This document shows positions 44,225 to 59,201 of a stretch of DNA of 64,000 nt, piece by piece. Origin of the DNA: Eledone cirrhosa. Taxonomy: Eukaryota. Location: assembly GCA_964016885.1 (NCBI GenBank), contig OZ024741.1, positions 139,934,001 to 139,998,000 of the forward strand, written 5' to 3'. A model generated the notes under the pieces. That model worked only from the letters and a program-made list of their open reading frames with translations, did no database searches and was not told the DNA's origin. The position numbers and the translations under genes are program-made. The first letter of the stretch is position 1. Each line of letters opens with the position of its first letter.

Positions 44225-44635
44225 AGGGCAGTGCGTTAGCAGTATCGGTAGAACGCCGGACAACATGATTTGCAACACATAGTTACATCCTTTTAAGTTC
44301 TGAGTTTAGTTAAGAATTTCATCCTTCGGGGTTCGATAAAATAATATACTAGTAACGCACTTAATGGAATTTACTCTCTCTAAAATGTTGGCCGTGTGCC
44401 TAAATAAAAACAAAATATTAAGAGCAGGGGGTTGACAGTATCGGTACAGCGTTGGAGAACATGATTTGTGGCATATAGTTACGTCTCTTTATATTCTGAG
44501 TTCTAATATAGTTGAGGTTAGTTTTGCTCTTAATCTTTACGGTCTCGATAATATACAGCATTAGCAACGCGCTTGGACCGATTTAATTGATTTTCCCCTC
44601 CCCCAATATTGTTTGCATTATGCATAAATCAAGCA
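44225..44635 (+). mobile_element. Two adjacent older, diverged SINE copies
   Basis: GCAGTATCGGTAGA...ATAGTTAC.TC..TTTA..TTCTGAGTT...TCGATAA motifs repeated twice. Confidence 0.65.
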
Positions 44636-45503
44636 CCCTTATAATCATGTATGTAAGCCCTATTTTTATATTGTTATATTTCTTATGAAACTCTCAATGT
44701 ATTTGCAATGTAATAGTGTATGCAAGCACTATTTTTATTTATCTATATTTTATATATTAAAAGTTTCTTTAAGTATTCACTATGTAATTAAATATGTAGG
44801 ATTTATTTATATATAGGTATACTATATTTGTTTAAAATATCATCTAAGTCTAATCTGCAGAATAACATTTGTTAACATTAACTACCACGACGGAACCACC
44901 ATCAAATAAAGCTATGAAACATGCTATTATTTTCCATTCTCCCATTTAATCATATCAAATAATAAAACCTTGAAACGTCGTTCTTAGATGTCACACAACA
45001 GTGTAACACACAATACGAATGTGTAGATAGGAAATATTGAGATATTAATATCGATCTAGTTTTCTAAATTCATATTTATTCGGATTATATGAATCTATGC
45101 ACTGGTATCTTAATCCAAAAGTGAATACGAGAATCGAATGTGCAACGTGACCAAAACAAAAATGCTTTCAGAATTCTCCTCTTGATTGCCATTATATGGT
45201 TGGTTTCAGACGTTAGAACCATTATGACTGAATCATTTCCTTTACATTCTCTAATCCTTTGTAATACATGTGGCTATCAATATTCGTTATTTACATATTT
45301 CTAATGTTCTCGTGTGTGTGTGTGGTGAAAGAGTCGGAACACCGACGATTGAGCTCTTGCCGTATCAAGAGCTAGTCAGGAACTAGCTGTTGCAACGGCA
45401 AGAGCTCACCCGTCGTGATCCCGACTCCATCATGTTACTATACTATACTACCCCAAGTATCGAGTAATGGTCTAACAAGTTTTTTTTTTACTGTATCCAT
45501 CTT

Positions 45504-45541
<38 letters not shown>

Positions 45542-45546
45542 AGTGA

Positions 45547-45605
<59 letters not shown>

Positions 45606-46228
45606 TGTGTGTGTTTTTTGTGTGTGTTTGTGTGAGTGTATGTGTGTATATATGTATGTAAAAAGTAAACAAAAATAACAAAGGAAACGACACTGTAATT
45701 TGAAGAAATATATTAGTTTAAATCTTGAAATAATAAGAAAACTGTCTTAACGTTTCAGTCACTATTACTTCATTAGGAGATAAGATAAACAAAAAGATGA
45801 AATAGAAAGATATAGAGTGAGAATTGGGAGGCATGGAACAAATTGAGAAAAACACATACGTGCGTATTCATTCAGCCATGTTGGAGAGATGCTGGACATG
45901 GGTATCAAAGCGTTATATATTTCACAAAATGGCTGACGGAAAATATACATGCTCTTTCTCCCCAAAATAATTTACTATTTCTTCTACTTTTCATTTTCCT
46001 GTATCTTTCTATTTCTTCTATGTTTCTCATTCTATATTCTGTTAAAGAATTAGCGACCGAAAGCTGAGAGGCTTTTTTGCTACTATATCAACCGTTAAAC
46101 TAATATACATATATATAACTTCATTCAACTCTATTGTTCGGTTTGCAGTTTCTCCTACTTACAAATATGCACACATACACACAGGCACACGTACACACGC
46201 ACATACACTCACACATTATATATATATG

Positions 46229-46284
<56 letters not shown>

Positions 46285-46285
<1 letters not shown>

Positions 46286-46607
46286 TAGAAAGTGAGGTTT
46301 TTTTACAAAATGAAAAATAACCGAGGTATCCTACACGAGTGAAAGTATAAAGAAAAAAGATGAAATCGAAAATGCAATTGGAGTCTTATTTTTAAAATAA
46401 TATATATATTTATTTGGTTCCTTTACCGGTTTCGCAGTTCTTCTGCTTTTCAAAAGTACAGTTGAGATGGAAGGTCTCTGGTTTACCACAGACCCTCCAT
46501 CTCAACTCACCTTTTGAAAAGCAGAAGAACTGCGAAATCGGTAAAGGAACCAAATAAATATATATATTATTTTAAAAATAAGACTCCAATTGCATTTTCG
46601 ATTTCAT

Positions 46608-46612
<5 letters not shown>
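46285..46612. mobile_element. Family I fold-back element in (TA)n with U3:A8 hammerheads in both arms
   Basis: Inverted arms around GTTGAGATGGA.GGTCT...AGACC.TCCATCTCAAC. Motifs at 46420-46456 (-) and 46510-46547 (+). Confidence 0.82.
46510..46547 (+). ncRNA. Type-I hammerhead, variant core UUGAAAA (U3:A8), family I
   Basis: CCTT TTGAAAA GCAG AAGAA CTGC GAAA TCGG TA AAGG. The inverted arm has GAAA CCGG TA (palindrome ACCGGT). Confidence 0.75.
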
Positions 46613-46665
<53 letters not shown>

Positions 46666-47486
46666 TCCTACATATTCATTAGTCTATATCTACATGTTCG
46701 CAGTTGCAATCCCGTTATATCTTTTACTTAAAAGTTATGTCGAGCGTCTAGTATAAAATATCAATGTAAATTGTGGATGGTGTTAAACAGTTGCTTTTTG
46801 GAGGACGGATAGAGAATTTGGTCTCTACACCTAATACTACCGCGTTGGTGTGATAATCGGTACATTTCCAATATCAATTGTTGAGTAAACGGCGGGAGTG
46901 ATTTCACTGGAAGTAGTAAGCAGAAGTATGAGTAAAGTATAGTGGTTCTATATCGTAAGATACAGCAAGGTTCATGGAGTAAGAGAACGACATGCTTACG
47001 TTTCAATGACATTGTCAGAGAGGGAAGCACAGCACTGTATAATGTTTGAATCTATTATGATATATGTGTAGCGGATATAGTGGGTAGGATGCTGTTTCGC
47101 AACCATGTGGTCTTGAATACTGTTCTACGGGACAATTGGTTTTTGTTATAGCCTAGCTTCACATCATTTTTGGTTGATAAAATATTGTAGTAGGAAATAC
47201 AGAAGACCGATGTTTGTACCTATCACTATATCCTGCTCTCTCTCTCTCTACAGGTTTATATACATCTGAGTACTCAATACTTGGGGTAGTAGAGTGGGTA
47301 ATAGGAAAATGTTTAACCCTGACGGCAGAGCTCAAGCCGTTTCAGTCCAGAAATAGCAGTGGAAACGGATTGAGCTCTGCCGTCGTGGTTAAATATGTTC
47401 CTATATATATATATGAATATATACATACACACACACACATATATATATACACCCACATACATATACATATATACAGACACACATAT

Positions 47487-47529
<43 letters not shown>

Positions 47530-47538
47530 CATAAATAT

Positions 47539-47623
<85 letters not shown>

Positions 47624-47637
47624 TAGATGCATATATA

Positions 47638-47701
<64 letters not shown>

Positions 47702-47710
47702 CATATATAT

Positions 47711-48382
47711 ATGGTGGCTGCCAACTCGTTTTCGAGTACGGCCACTACTTTATATACATGTAGGAGAACACCTACCGATGCACTGAACAAGTGTAACTTG
47801 TTAGTCCAGCCAGCGACTTGAAAACTGTTGTACAAACACTACACTTCTCACAATTATTGACACATAGTGCTGGGCCCATGGTACCATGTGACGACAAGTG
47901 CAGAGAGATCTACAGATATAAAGCAATGCCTGTGTCGTGAAGCTTTTATAGTGAGAAAAGGCACTGCACAAAGCCAGTCCCACTCACTTAAACAAGATGA
48001 TATTTACCAAAAAGAAGAACAGGTCAACATCATTGGATACCATCAGGGTTGCAGGTGTTATATCAGAGTTTTCCTTCTCCTAGAATGCTGCCTTAACAAA
48101 GGCTAAGTGGTCATCTCTCCCGGTGATTTTGGATGGCCATTGACTCTTAAGAGCTCCTTTGCCTTTTGACAGGTTTTTGTTTTTAGTTCTGCAGGATGTC
48201 CAAAGTCACCCTCCTCACCAGGAAACCTTGGTGCGGTTGCCAGTTTAGTCGCTAACGACCCGACCATGAGACGGATTGTACTGGGATACATGTTACCAGT
48301 AGCACCAACTGGTGAGCTGACATAAGCGAATACATACATACATACATACATACATACATACATACATACATACATACATACA

Positions 48383-48413
<31 letters not shown>

Positions 48414-48723
48414 GTACATGGTGGTTGCCAACTTGTTTTCGAGTACGGCCACTACTTTATATCCATGTAGGAGAACCCTACCGATGCGCTGAACGAGTGT
48501 GAACTTTTAGTCCAGCCAGCGACTTGAAAACTCTGGTACAAACACTACACTTGTGACAATTATTGACACATAGTGCTGGGCCCATGGTACCATGTGACGA
48601 CAAGTGCAGAGAGATCTCCAGATATAAAGCAATGCCTGTGTCGTGAAGCTTTTATAGTGAGCAAAAGCACTGCACAAAGCCAGTCTGACTTATGTTACCA
48701 GTAGCACCAACTGGTGACCTGAC
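47711..48723 (+). mobile_element. Two tandem copies of the ~610-bp retroposon (full 47711-48321 + (CATA)n; internally deleted 48418-48723)
   Basis: Identity to 30191-30799. The second copy jumps from ACTGCACAAAGCCAGTC to ATGTTACCAGTAGCACC. Confidence 0.85.
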
Positions 48724-49069
48724 ATCTATATATATATATATATATATATATAAATATACACAAACATGCCCATATGCAGGTACGTGTGAACGCACGTACG
48801 CACGCGATATGCATACAATCAAACGGCCACTCATACAAATACATACAAACATGTACTCATAAATATACGCATATACACAAGCACATAAAAACACCTCTAC
48901 AAGCAGAAAATGCAGATAGGTAAGAGGTACTAACGTAAACATAGTGCCGTGTTTCAGGTTGAGGAGGGTTAGGGGTGGGGTCGGAAGGAGGTAGAGGGGC
49001 TATTTTGTCGGCTGGCGTTTGAAAAAAAAAATAGGGGAAGTCGTTTTTATCATCGAGCATTAACACTGG

Positions 49070-49960
49070 CTTAAGGTATTTGAAAGTTGCAAAGTTTTTG
49101 TGCATGCAGTTCGGGCCGTGTTCAGAGAGTCTGTTCAATAGCGGGCCCTTGGCGAATAAAATTTCGTAGCTCTCTGAGATACAAAGGTCGCAGCACTTGT
49201 GTCCTCCGTTGTATGAGCGCGTTTCTGGAGTATTTTCCATTTAAGCGTGAAGGGGGTGGAGTTCCTTTTATGGTCCCAAACATAGGAGGCGAGTGTTGTC
49301 TGATTTGATTTGTCCGGTCTCCTGAAGGAGTGGGTATTGGGCATACCACCGGGTCTTAAAGTTATTGGAAGTCATGCCGATGTAAGTCTTTTTGTTGTTG
49401 CAATCATCGGTGCCTGAGATGACATCGCATTCATATACGATATCATTTATCAGGCATTTGTTTCAAGTGGGCAGGCTTCCTTATTTAGGCAATTAGACAG
49501 GGCCCCAGTCCTGGGATTGGGTTCGGAGCAGGTTGGCTTATTTATTTTTTTAGAATTGTGATTAGCTATATTCCTAGCTAGGTTAGGTGTGGTGGAGTAG
49601 GAGAGTCTTAATGAGTTCTTATTAAAGATGGTGTAGTACCTATGTTGTATGGGGAAGTGTGTGTTCAGCAAAGTGAAGAAAATCCTGGCTATGGGTGTAG
49701 AGAACTCTCTATTGAAGGGAGGGTTGTACCAGCTAATCTACCTATGCTTATTCCTCCTATGCAGTCTTGCGATGGTTTCTACGTAGGTTATCTTTCCTTT
49801 AAATCCGATGCGGGCGAGGGCGTCATTGTAGTAGGAGGCTGAGGCGTTAAAAATATCTTCATTGGCAGAGAGGCCAGAGATTCTAATAGAGAGGCTTTTT
49901 ACTAATTTATCAGTGATGTTTTTGGGGTGGTTAGAATTAACATTAATATATCTAAGGGAC
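49070..49960 (-). pseudogene. Penelope-like (Naiad-type) RT C-terminus + GIY-YIG endonuclease remnant, frameshifted
   Basis: SWYNPPFN...HFPIQHRYYTIFNKNSLRLSYSTTPNL, NCLNKEACPL, DIVYECD...TYIGMT..NFKTRWY, TTLASYVW, LKWKIL and CDLCISE, in several frames. Confidence 0.85.
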
Positions 49961-49964
49961 TCAT

Positions 49965-50158
49965 TAGGTTAAATAAGCCAACCACCTCCGAACCCAATCC
50001 CCGGATGGGTCGTGTGTAATTGCATGAATAAGGTAGCCTGCCCACTTGAAAAAAAATGCCTGACAAATGATATCGTATACACATGCGATATCATCTCAGG
50101 CACCGATGATTGCAAAAACAAAAAAACTTACATCTGCATGACTTCCAATAACTTTAAG
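49965..50158 (+). pseudogene. Inverted duplicate of the GIY-YIG start at the 5' end of the same insertion
   Basis: CNCMNKVACPLEKKCLTNDIVYTCDIISGTDDCKNKKTYICMTSNNFK is the reverse-complement paralogue of ~49355-49545 and abuts (TA)n. Confidence 0.85.
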
Positions 50159-50171
50159 ATATGTACATATA

Positions 50172-50248
<77 letters not shown>

Positions 50249-50307
50249 CAAGGCTCTGCTACCATCAACACTATAGACACAGAGCTGCCATATATAAGAA
50301 CTGAATA

Positions 50308-50363
50308 ACTGCCTGATGAGGTCATAGCCATCCAATGGCTATCATCGAAATATATATAGCAGT
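50308..50363 (+). ncRNA. Type-I hammerhead ribozyme (family J) in a ~165-bp solo element between (TA)n tracts
   Basis: ACTGC CTGATGA GGTCATAGCCAT-CCA-ATGGCTATCATC GAAA TATATA TA GCAGT, then AATAAA at 50365. Confidence 0.88.
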
Positions 50364-50515
50364 AAATAAAGGATTATGAGTTCATACAATTGACTTATGT
50401 TTCGTTACTATATATATATATAAATATATATATTAATGTATGTATATACGTATGTATGTATATATGTATATATATGTGTATATATGTATATATATGTATA
50501 TATATGTATATATGC

Positions 50516-51314
<799 letters not shown>

Positions 51315-51323
51315 GTAGATATA

Positions 51324-51359
<36 letters not shown>

Positions 51360-51367
51360 GTAATAAT

Positions 51368-51555
51368 AATTGTTTCTACTTTAGGCACAAGGCCAGCAAC
51401 TATCCAGTGCATTACCGGTACTTTGTTTATCGAACCCGTAAGGATGAAAGGCAAAGTTAACCTCGGCGGGATTTGATCTCAGATCGTAAAGGGACGTAAC
51501 TATGCTAGAAAGCATGGCCTCCGACTCTCTACAGATACTGCCAATCCACCGCCCT
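51368..51555 (-). mobile_element. Full-length tRNA-derived SINE
   Basis: Reverse complement of the SINE consensus, flanked by TATAGTAATAATAAT on both sides. Confidence 0.85.
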
Positions 51556-51684
51556 TTATAGTAATAATAATAATCACTGTTATTTTAATATATATATATA
51601 TATGTATGTATATATGTGCGTATGTGTGTATATGTGTGTGTGTATATGTGTGTATATATATGTGGGTATACATATATTATGTGT

Positions 51685-51894
<210 letters not shown>

Positions 51895-52013
51895 CGTTTT
51901 CGGTACGCCTGGCCGACTGAACTCACTCGATATGCAAATTAGGCTGTTAAGCCGTTAATTTTCATAAGGAAATTATATACTTTCGAACGTTCAACTATCT
52001 GGCAGAAGGGTAT

Positions 52014-52056
52014 ACGGTGCTGATGATAGCTAACAAGCTTGAAACTAGTACATGGT
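52014..52056 (+). ncRNA. Type-I hammerhead ribozyme candidate (family L) in a ~290-bp element between (TA)n tracts
   Basis: ACGGTG CTGATGA TAGCT AACA AGCTT GAAA CTAG TA CATGGT. Palindrome ACTAGT, imperfect stem I. Confidence 0.7.
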
Positions 52057-52205
52057 TCCTGTGTCAGTGTTGAACAAAAAGGTGACGTGGTTGCCTTAAC
52101 ACCGTATGGCATAAATCAGGCTGTTCGCTTGTTTACAAACGGACGAAGCGGGCGTTATAATAAACGTTCGCTAAACTGATACGTACATATATATATGTGT
52201 ACCTG

Positions 52206-52249
<44 letters not shown>

Positions 52250-52258
<9 letters not shown>

Positions 52259-53099
52259 TAATATGTATGTGATGAAACACAGATACCAACACATCTGTAT
52301 ATATATTGCTAAGAAAAAGTTAGCCAGATTGAAGTATACTAATTATTATACTACAGTTTGTCCATATCGATTTAAAATAATAAATCAACGGAGACGAAAT
52401 GTATTGCCAAGAGGCCGTGATGTTTAGACACATTTAAATTTCAAAATTAAACCTGTTCCGTAGATAAGTTTAGACTTTAAGATCCAAATATGTTTCGAGT
52501 TAAATAAGTGTAGGAATATCATGTCCCGCTCTCCTCAGTAAACATCCAGAGACAAATTGATATGCTTCACTTCTAAATAATTTAAAAGACTGCGTGACGC
52601 ACATGGCTTTACAGTATCTAACTAGTCTCATAACCGTACTGCTAGAAATAACAGTCGTATATATGAGGCGGCTTGCAGCTCAAACTAGGAGCAGTTAAAA
52701 TTATTAAGGTAATGAATTATTTTACAATGGAATCAGCTCGAAGGAGGAAAAATACCCCCTGAGCAGTGTATAAATTAATATGTATGTGATGAAACACAGA
52801 TACCAACACATCTGTTTATATATTGCAAAAGAAAAATTTAGCCAGATTGAAGTATACTAATTATTATACTACAGTTTGTCCATATCGATTTAAAATAATA
52901 AATCAACGGAGACGAACTGTATTGCCAAGAGGCCGTGATGTTTAGACACATTTAAATTTCAAAATCAAACCTGTTCCGTAGATAAGTTTAGACTTTAAGA
53001 TCCAAATATGTTTCGAGTTAAATAAGTGTAGGAATATCATGTCCCGCTCTCCTCAGTAAATATCCAGAGACAAATTGATATGCTTCACTTCTAAATAAT
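52250..53099. repeat. ~330-bp direct repeat pair (52250-52580, 52768-53099) with ~190-bp spacer
   Basis: TATAAATTAATATGTATGTGATGAAACACAG...ATGCTTCACTTCTAAATAAT is duplicated with few differences. Confidence 0.9.
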
Positions 53100-53205
53100 A
53101 TATATATATATATATATGCACTTCTAAATAATATATATATATATATATATATGCATGCTACTGTACGTCTGTATACATATATGTATGTACGTATACATAC
53201 ATACT

Positions 53206-53306
<101 letters not shown>

Positions 53307-53325
53307 ATATATATATATATATATG

Positions 53326-53368
<43 letters not shown>

Positions 53369-53397
53369 ATATATATATACATATATATATTTGTATG

Positions 53398-53434
<37 letters not shown>

Positions 53435-53519
53435 GTGTGTCTATGTATATATATATATATACATAGATGTGTTTGCATATGTTTATATATTGTAGGTATA
53501 TATATATATATATATATAT

Positions 53520-53976
53520 ATATGCAAAAGTTCTATTTAAATTGTTGGGATACAACAAGCAAATATTTTTATAACTGATATAAAGCACTCAACAAGTCTT
53601 TGGAGTAAACATACGATATTAACAAATGGAAACTATGTTTATAAAACCATATTTATTTCATTATACATATTTCAAGGAAACCAAGTTAAATTATGGTGTG
53701 CTTTCATCAGACAAAATATAATATAGATCAGTTTTATAAATAAATATTGACATACCCTTAAAAATGCAACCATTACTGTTGGAAGCTCCGGGCAGCTACG
53801 GGAGCTTCCAACAGTAATGGTTGCATTTAAGGGTATGTCAATATTTATTTATAAAACTGATATATCTTATATTTTATCTGATGAAAGCACACCATAATTT
53901 AACTTGGTGTCCTTGAAATATGCATAATGAAATAAATATGGTTTTATAAATATAGTTTCTATTTGTTAATATCGTA
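53520..53976. mobile_element. Family B fold-back in (TA)n; hammerheads at 53655-53717 (-) and 53871-53933 (+)
   Basis: ATTTTAT CTGATGA AAGCACACCA..TGGTGTCCTT GAAA TATGCA TA ATGAAAT. Arms centred on GGAAGCTCCGG..CGGGAGCTTCC. Confidence 0.85.
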
Positions 53977-54023
53977 TTTTATATATGTATATATCTATAT
54001 ATATCTGTATATATCTATATATA

Positions 54024-54066
<43 letters not shown>

Positions 54067-54069
54067 GTA

Positions 54070-54106
<37 letters not shown>

Positions 54107-54215
54107 GTATATGTGTGTGTATGCGTATGTATATGTGTGTGTGTATATATATATATATATGTATATATAAATGTGTGTGTGTATATATATATTTATATAT
54201 ATATGTGTGTGTGTA

Positions 54216-54324
<109 letters not shown>

Positions 54325-55067
54325 CTGTATGTATATGTATATATATGTATATATATATTGGCAAGTAAGTATGTTTTGAAACAGTGAGCAGGTTTGAAAT
54401 TAGAAAATAGAATAGCTTTCAACGTAATTTTGACTAAAGGAATTTTAGCCTGATAATGGGGTTTAGAACCCTTAGATAAATGGAAAAAGATGAGTATTGA
54501 CGTACGTGTTTGTGTGTTTGTTTGTGAATGTGTCTGTTGACACCTGGAATATAGTTTAAGAGAAATATGACAATAATGATATGATAGGCACCCAATATTT
54601 TGAACTGGTTTATAGAATTCTCTTGGCCTTTGTCACCCTAAGTAGAGCTTTAAAGAATTAGCTTTTAAAGAATTTCCCTTTTCTTTAAATCCATCAACCA
54701 TGACCGACCCCCAACCATCTTATAGACACCTGAAATATAGGTATTGTTAGCTTAAGATAAAATTAAAAATAAGGTGTGGCACCTCATTCTGAACTTGTTT
54801 ATAGAATTATTTCTGCCATTGTCACTCTAAATATAAATTATAGTCTTAAAGAATTAGCTTTTAATGAATTCCCTTTTCTTTCAACCAATGACCTACACCC
54901 ATCTCACTCCCCACCCTCTCCTACCACCTGAACAGATATAAATATCACAACATTTATTTTTGGAAAACCGGATTCCTGATGACTTCTAAATAATGAAACT
55001 TCTATTCCTCTAGAATCTCATCTATATTAAAACTATATATATATATAGAAAGAAAGAGAGAGATAAA

Positions 55068-55105
<38 letters not shown>

Positions 55106-55493
55106 TAGAAAGAAAGAAAGAAAGAAAGAGAGAGAAGTGTGTATGCTTGTGGATTTGTGTTTGTGCATGTGTTTTTACACATGTCCAGAAACTTACCCGC
55201 TAGAAAATAACAAGAAATCGATGAAATAAGCAACACACTCGGAAAAATATCTACTGGAGCAGATATGATCCACTAAATCAATGTGGGAGTCACACATATA
55301 ATTTTATTCATGTTAACGATTTTCCATTACAGGATTCCACCATGCTGCTTAGGAAACCACTCTAAGGTGATATAATTGTTAATAGCGAAACTATATATAT
55401 TTTTTCCTCTGCATTTCTCAACGTGGCTTCATTGCCTATGTACAGGTACATACTCATCGCAATACTGTCACACGCCTTTGCACTTACACACAC

Positions 55494-55557
<64 letters not shown>

Positions 55558-55673
55558 TTACACACACACATAAACGCAAATACAGATGTATTTCAAGCGT
55601 TAACCTAATATATAATCCTTCCATATACTGTACCGATTGTGTTATTGCTGTTTACCTTTTACACACATATACA

Positions 55674-55711
<38 letters not shown>

Positions 55712-55715
<4 letters not shown>

Positions 55716-56006
55716 AATATATTTAGAAACACACAGATACATGCGGACACACACATATACATGAATGCATCCACACCCAACCGTGAGTCAATGGTGCCAA
55801 CCCTACCGATGTTGCTCAATGAATGACTGGGACAGACCAATCCGGTTGAACCAGACTGAACCAGTATCAGAGTTAAAAATACTCTGTCCCAGTCATTCAT
55901 TGAGCAACATCGGTAAGGTTGGCACCATTGACTCACGGTTGGGTGTGGATGCATTCATGTATATGTGTGTGTCCGCATGTATCTGTGTGTTTCTAAATAT
56001 ATTGTT
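55712..56006. repeat. ~125-bp-arm fold-back adjacent to (TA)n
   Basis: 55712-55836 is the reverse complement of 55883-56006, with a 46-bp spacer. No hammerhead core seen. Confidence 0.85.
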
Positions 56007-56423
56007 CATAACTCCCTCTGGTCGAGTAATCTTTGAAGTGTAGTGACTGCTGGAAAGCTGCCATTACTCATACTTCTGGCCCCCTTTACCACCTCTTCTA
56101 CGGCTTCGATATAAATACCCCCTCCGCCTCCGTGGTATTTTCTTCGAGGTTATAAGAGGCTTAGCTCTGTTTCTCGACCGTTATATCGCGTGACTATCTC
56201 CCCCTTCGCCTTTTGGGATTCTTTCTCACGTCGTGTAGACGCGTTCTTGAAGCTATAAAATGAGGTATCCTCTTGATAAGTCGGCAGACCTCGCAAAGGC
56301 TCTATATCTTTATGATGTACTGTTTTTGTTTATGCCACGAAACTACGTAGTCGAGGAATCTAGGAGCAGTTTAGGTATGAAACATTTTATTACTAATTAT
56401 ATCTAAATGTTCCTTCTCTCTTC

Positions 56424-56588
<165 letters not shown>

Positions 56589-56593
56589 GTGTA

Positions 56594-56632
<39 letters not shown>

Positions 56633-57479
56633 TTGTGTGTATGTGTATATATGTGTGTGTGTGTGTGTGTAGGTGTGTGTGTGTGTTGGTGTGTGTGTGT
56701 GCAAAAAGTAAACATAAATAACAAAATAAAGGACATAGTACAATGAAGAAATATATAAGATTAACGCTTGATATAGTGAGAAAAGTGCCCTCAAGTTGCG
56801 GTCACTAGTCTTTCATCAAAAGATAGAATGAGAAATAAAAGTTGAAATATAAAGATAAAGAGTTAGAAGGGGAAGGAAGGAAAAATGTTTGAGAAGAACA
56901 CGTTTCTTCAGTAAGTCATATTGGAGAAAACTGGTCAGTGGTATCTACCGTATTAGAGAGATTCAGAAATGAGCCTACACATTGTATATTTTAAGGACAC
57001 ATGTGTGTGCGTGCTGGTGTGTGTATATGCGTGTGTGTGTGTGAATGTTTATTTGTTTGCTTGGGCACAGTTTTGAAGCATGGGTGTTGGACAGTGACGT
57101 GGCTGTTTGCTGTAGGTCGAGGTAGGAGTGAGGGTGCGAAAGTACGTGAACCGACCAACATACGGTGGTGTATAAATATGTATAGGAAAATGTGCACATA
57201 CACATTTAAGCAGAAGGAATCACAGGGTGTTGTTTAGAAAAGGAGATAGTAGAAAATATGAACGTTGCCTTATATATGTCGTGGTATGGACGTGAGAGGA
57301 ATCGCTGTTTCGAGTATGACCATATGGTAGTACAAGAGCAACGAGCTGAACTGCGAAGTGTGAAGTGACTAAGTAAATGGCGGTGGAGAGAATAGAGAGG
57401 TGTTGGGGGGGGGGGGGGGCATTAAACAGACGCGGCTCTAAGTGCCACGTGATCATAGACGGGTGCAAAAGAGAAACAA

Positions 57480-57513
<34 letters not shown>

Positions 57514-58419
57514 GTGTGTATGTGTGTTTATGTGTGGGTGTATGTGTGTGTGTGTGTGTGTGTGTGTCTGTGTACATATATGAAAATGTATCTGAGTATG
57601 TGTTGGTTAGAAAGTTAATACAGCCATAGATACAAAAGAGGAACACAAAAGAGTAGAAGTTTAGAGAGGAGAGGGGAGAGAGAGAGAGAAGCAAGTTAGT
57701 AATGTTAGTAGCATGTATTCATGTATTGAGTTAGTTATATCCTGTCCATTGTGATATATCTAAGACATCATTTGCAAATGAAAAGCTACATTTGCAATGA
57801 AATACTTCGTCCCTCAATATAAATACCATAAAAATTAGCAAGACTGAATTTTAGCAGACAAGCTTTTCACATATATTCTATTCTGGCTTCCTCTCAGATG
57901 AATAATTGTTCACATTGCGAATAAAATTGTTGTTTGTTTTGGTATTTCGACTCGTGATTCTTTTTAATTTTTTTTTAAATTGATATTACTTATTTGTAGA
58001 ATGTCGGCTTTATAACCTACTATATGATAGTACGTTTACTATTATCACCTCTGTTATCTATCTATCTCTCTCTATATATATACATATATGTGTTTGTGTG
58101 TGTGTGTATGTGTGTGCGTGCGTGTGTGTGCATGTGTGTGTGTGTATGTGTGTCTGTGTGAGTGTGTGTGCATGTGTGTGTATATATATATGAAAATTTC
58201 AGGAATTTCAATACATCATTGAAAATTCTTTTCGTGTGAATACTTTAATATACATTTGAATATTCATTAATAATCATAATATTTTCGTTTATTCTTGATT
58301 GTATTTTTCTAATATTTACAGTAACATTATAATCAATCTCTGAGGTGTTTGTAAATAATCTGTTTATTGCATTACGTCATAATTCACAGCAGGTGATATC
58401 AATATTTCTTTTCGTTTAG

Positions 58420-59201
58420 GTAGAGGGTCGGGGGCCATGCTTTCCAGCATAGTTACGTCCCTTTACGATCTGAGTTCAAATCCCGCCGAGGTTGACTTTG
58501 CCTTTCATCCTTACAGGGTCGATAAAATAAAGTACCAGTAATGCACTGGCTAATTGCTGGCCTTGTGCCTAAAGTAGAAACAATTATACAGCCCTTTATT
58601 ATCTAAGTTCAAATCACGCCGAGGTTAACTTTGCCTTTCATCCTTACGGGTCGATAAAATAAAGTACCAGTAACACCCTGGGATAATTGTTGGCCTTGTG
58701 CCAAACGTAGAAACAATTATATTACATATAACATAAGGGCGGTGGATTGGCAGTATCGGTCGGACGCCATGCTTTGACGCAAAGAGTTACGGGCCTTGCC
58801 ATTCAAAACCCGCCGAAATTAACTTTGCCTTTCATTCTTATGGGGTCGATAAAATAAAGTACCAGTAATGTACTGATTAATTGTTGCCCTTGTGCCAAAA
58901 GTAGAAACAATTATATTACATATAATAACTTTTATAGATATAAAAGATAGCTTACTATATTGAGTCTCTCATTTACTATATATATTAATCGTTTATATTA
59001 TTAATTTCTTGGCGCTGTATTGGAAGTATCGGTAGAGGATCGGACGCGCGGCCTTGACGCATTGAGTTACGGCCCTTGCCATTCTGAGTTCAAATCCCGC
59101 CTATGTTAACTTTGCCTTTCATCCTTACGGGGTCGATAAAATAAAGTACCAGTAATACACTTGGGTAATAGCTGGCCTTGAGCCAAAAGTAGAAACAATT
59201 A
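58420..59201 (+). mobile_element. Cluster of four full or partial SINE copies
   Basis: The SINE core ACTTTGCCTTTCAT.CTTA..GGG.TCGATAAAATAAAGTACCAG recurs at ~58495, 58630, 58822 and 59109. Confidence 0.88.

Noticed and set aside
54971-55017. GATTC CTGATGA ... GAAA ... TA GAATC with perfect stem I
   Set aside because: No credible stem II and a non-palindromic loop 3. It is possibly a dead copy and is excluded from the count.
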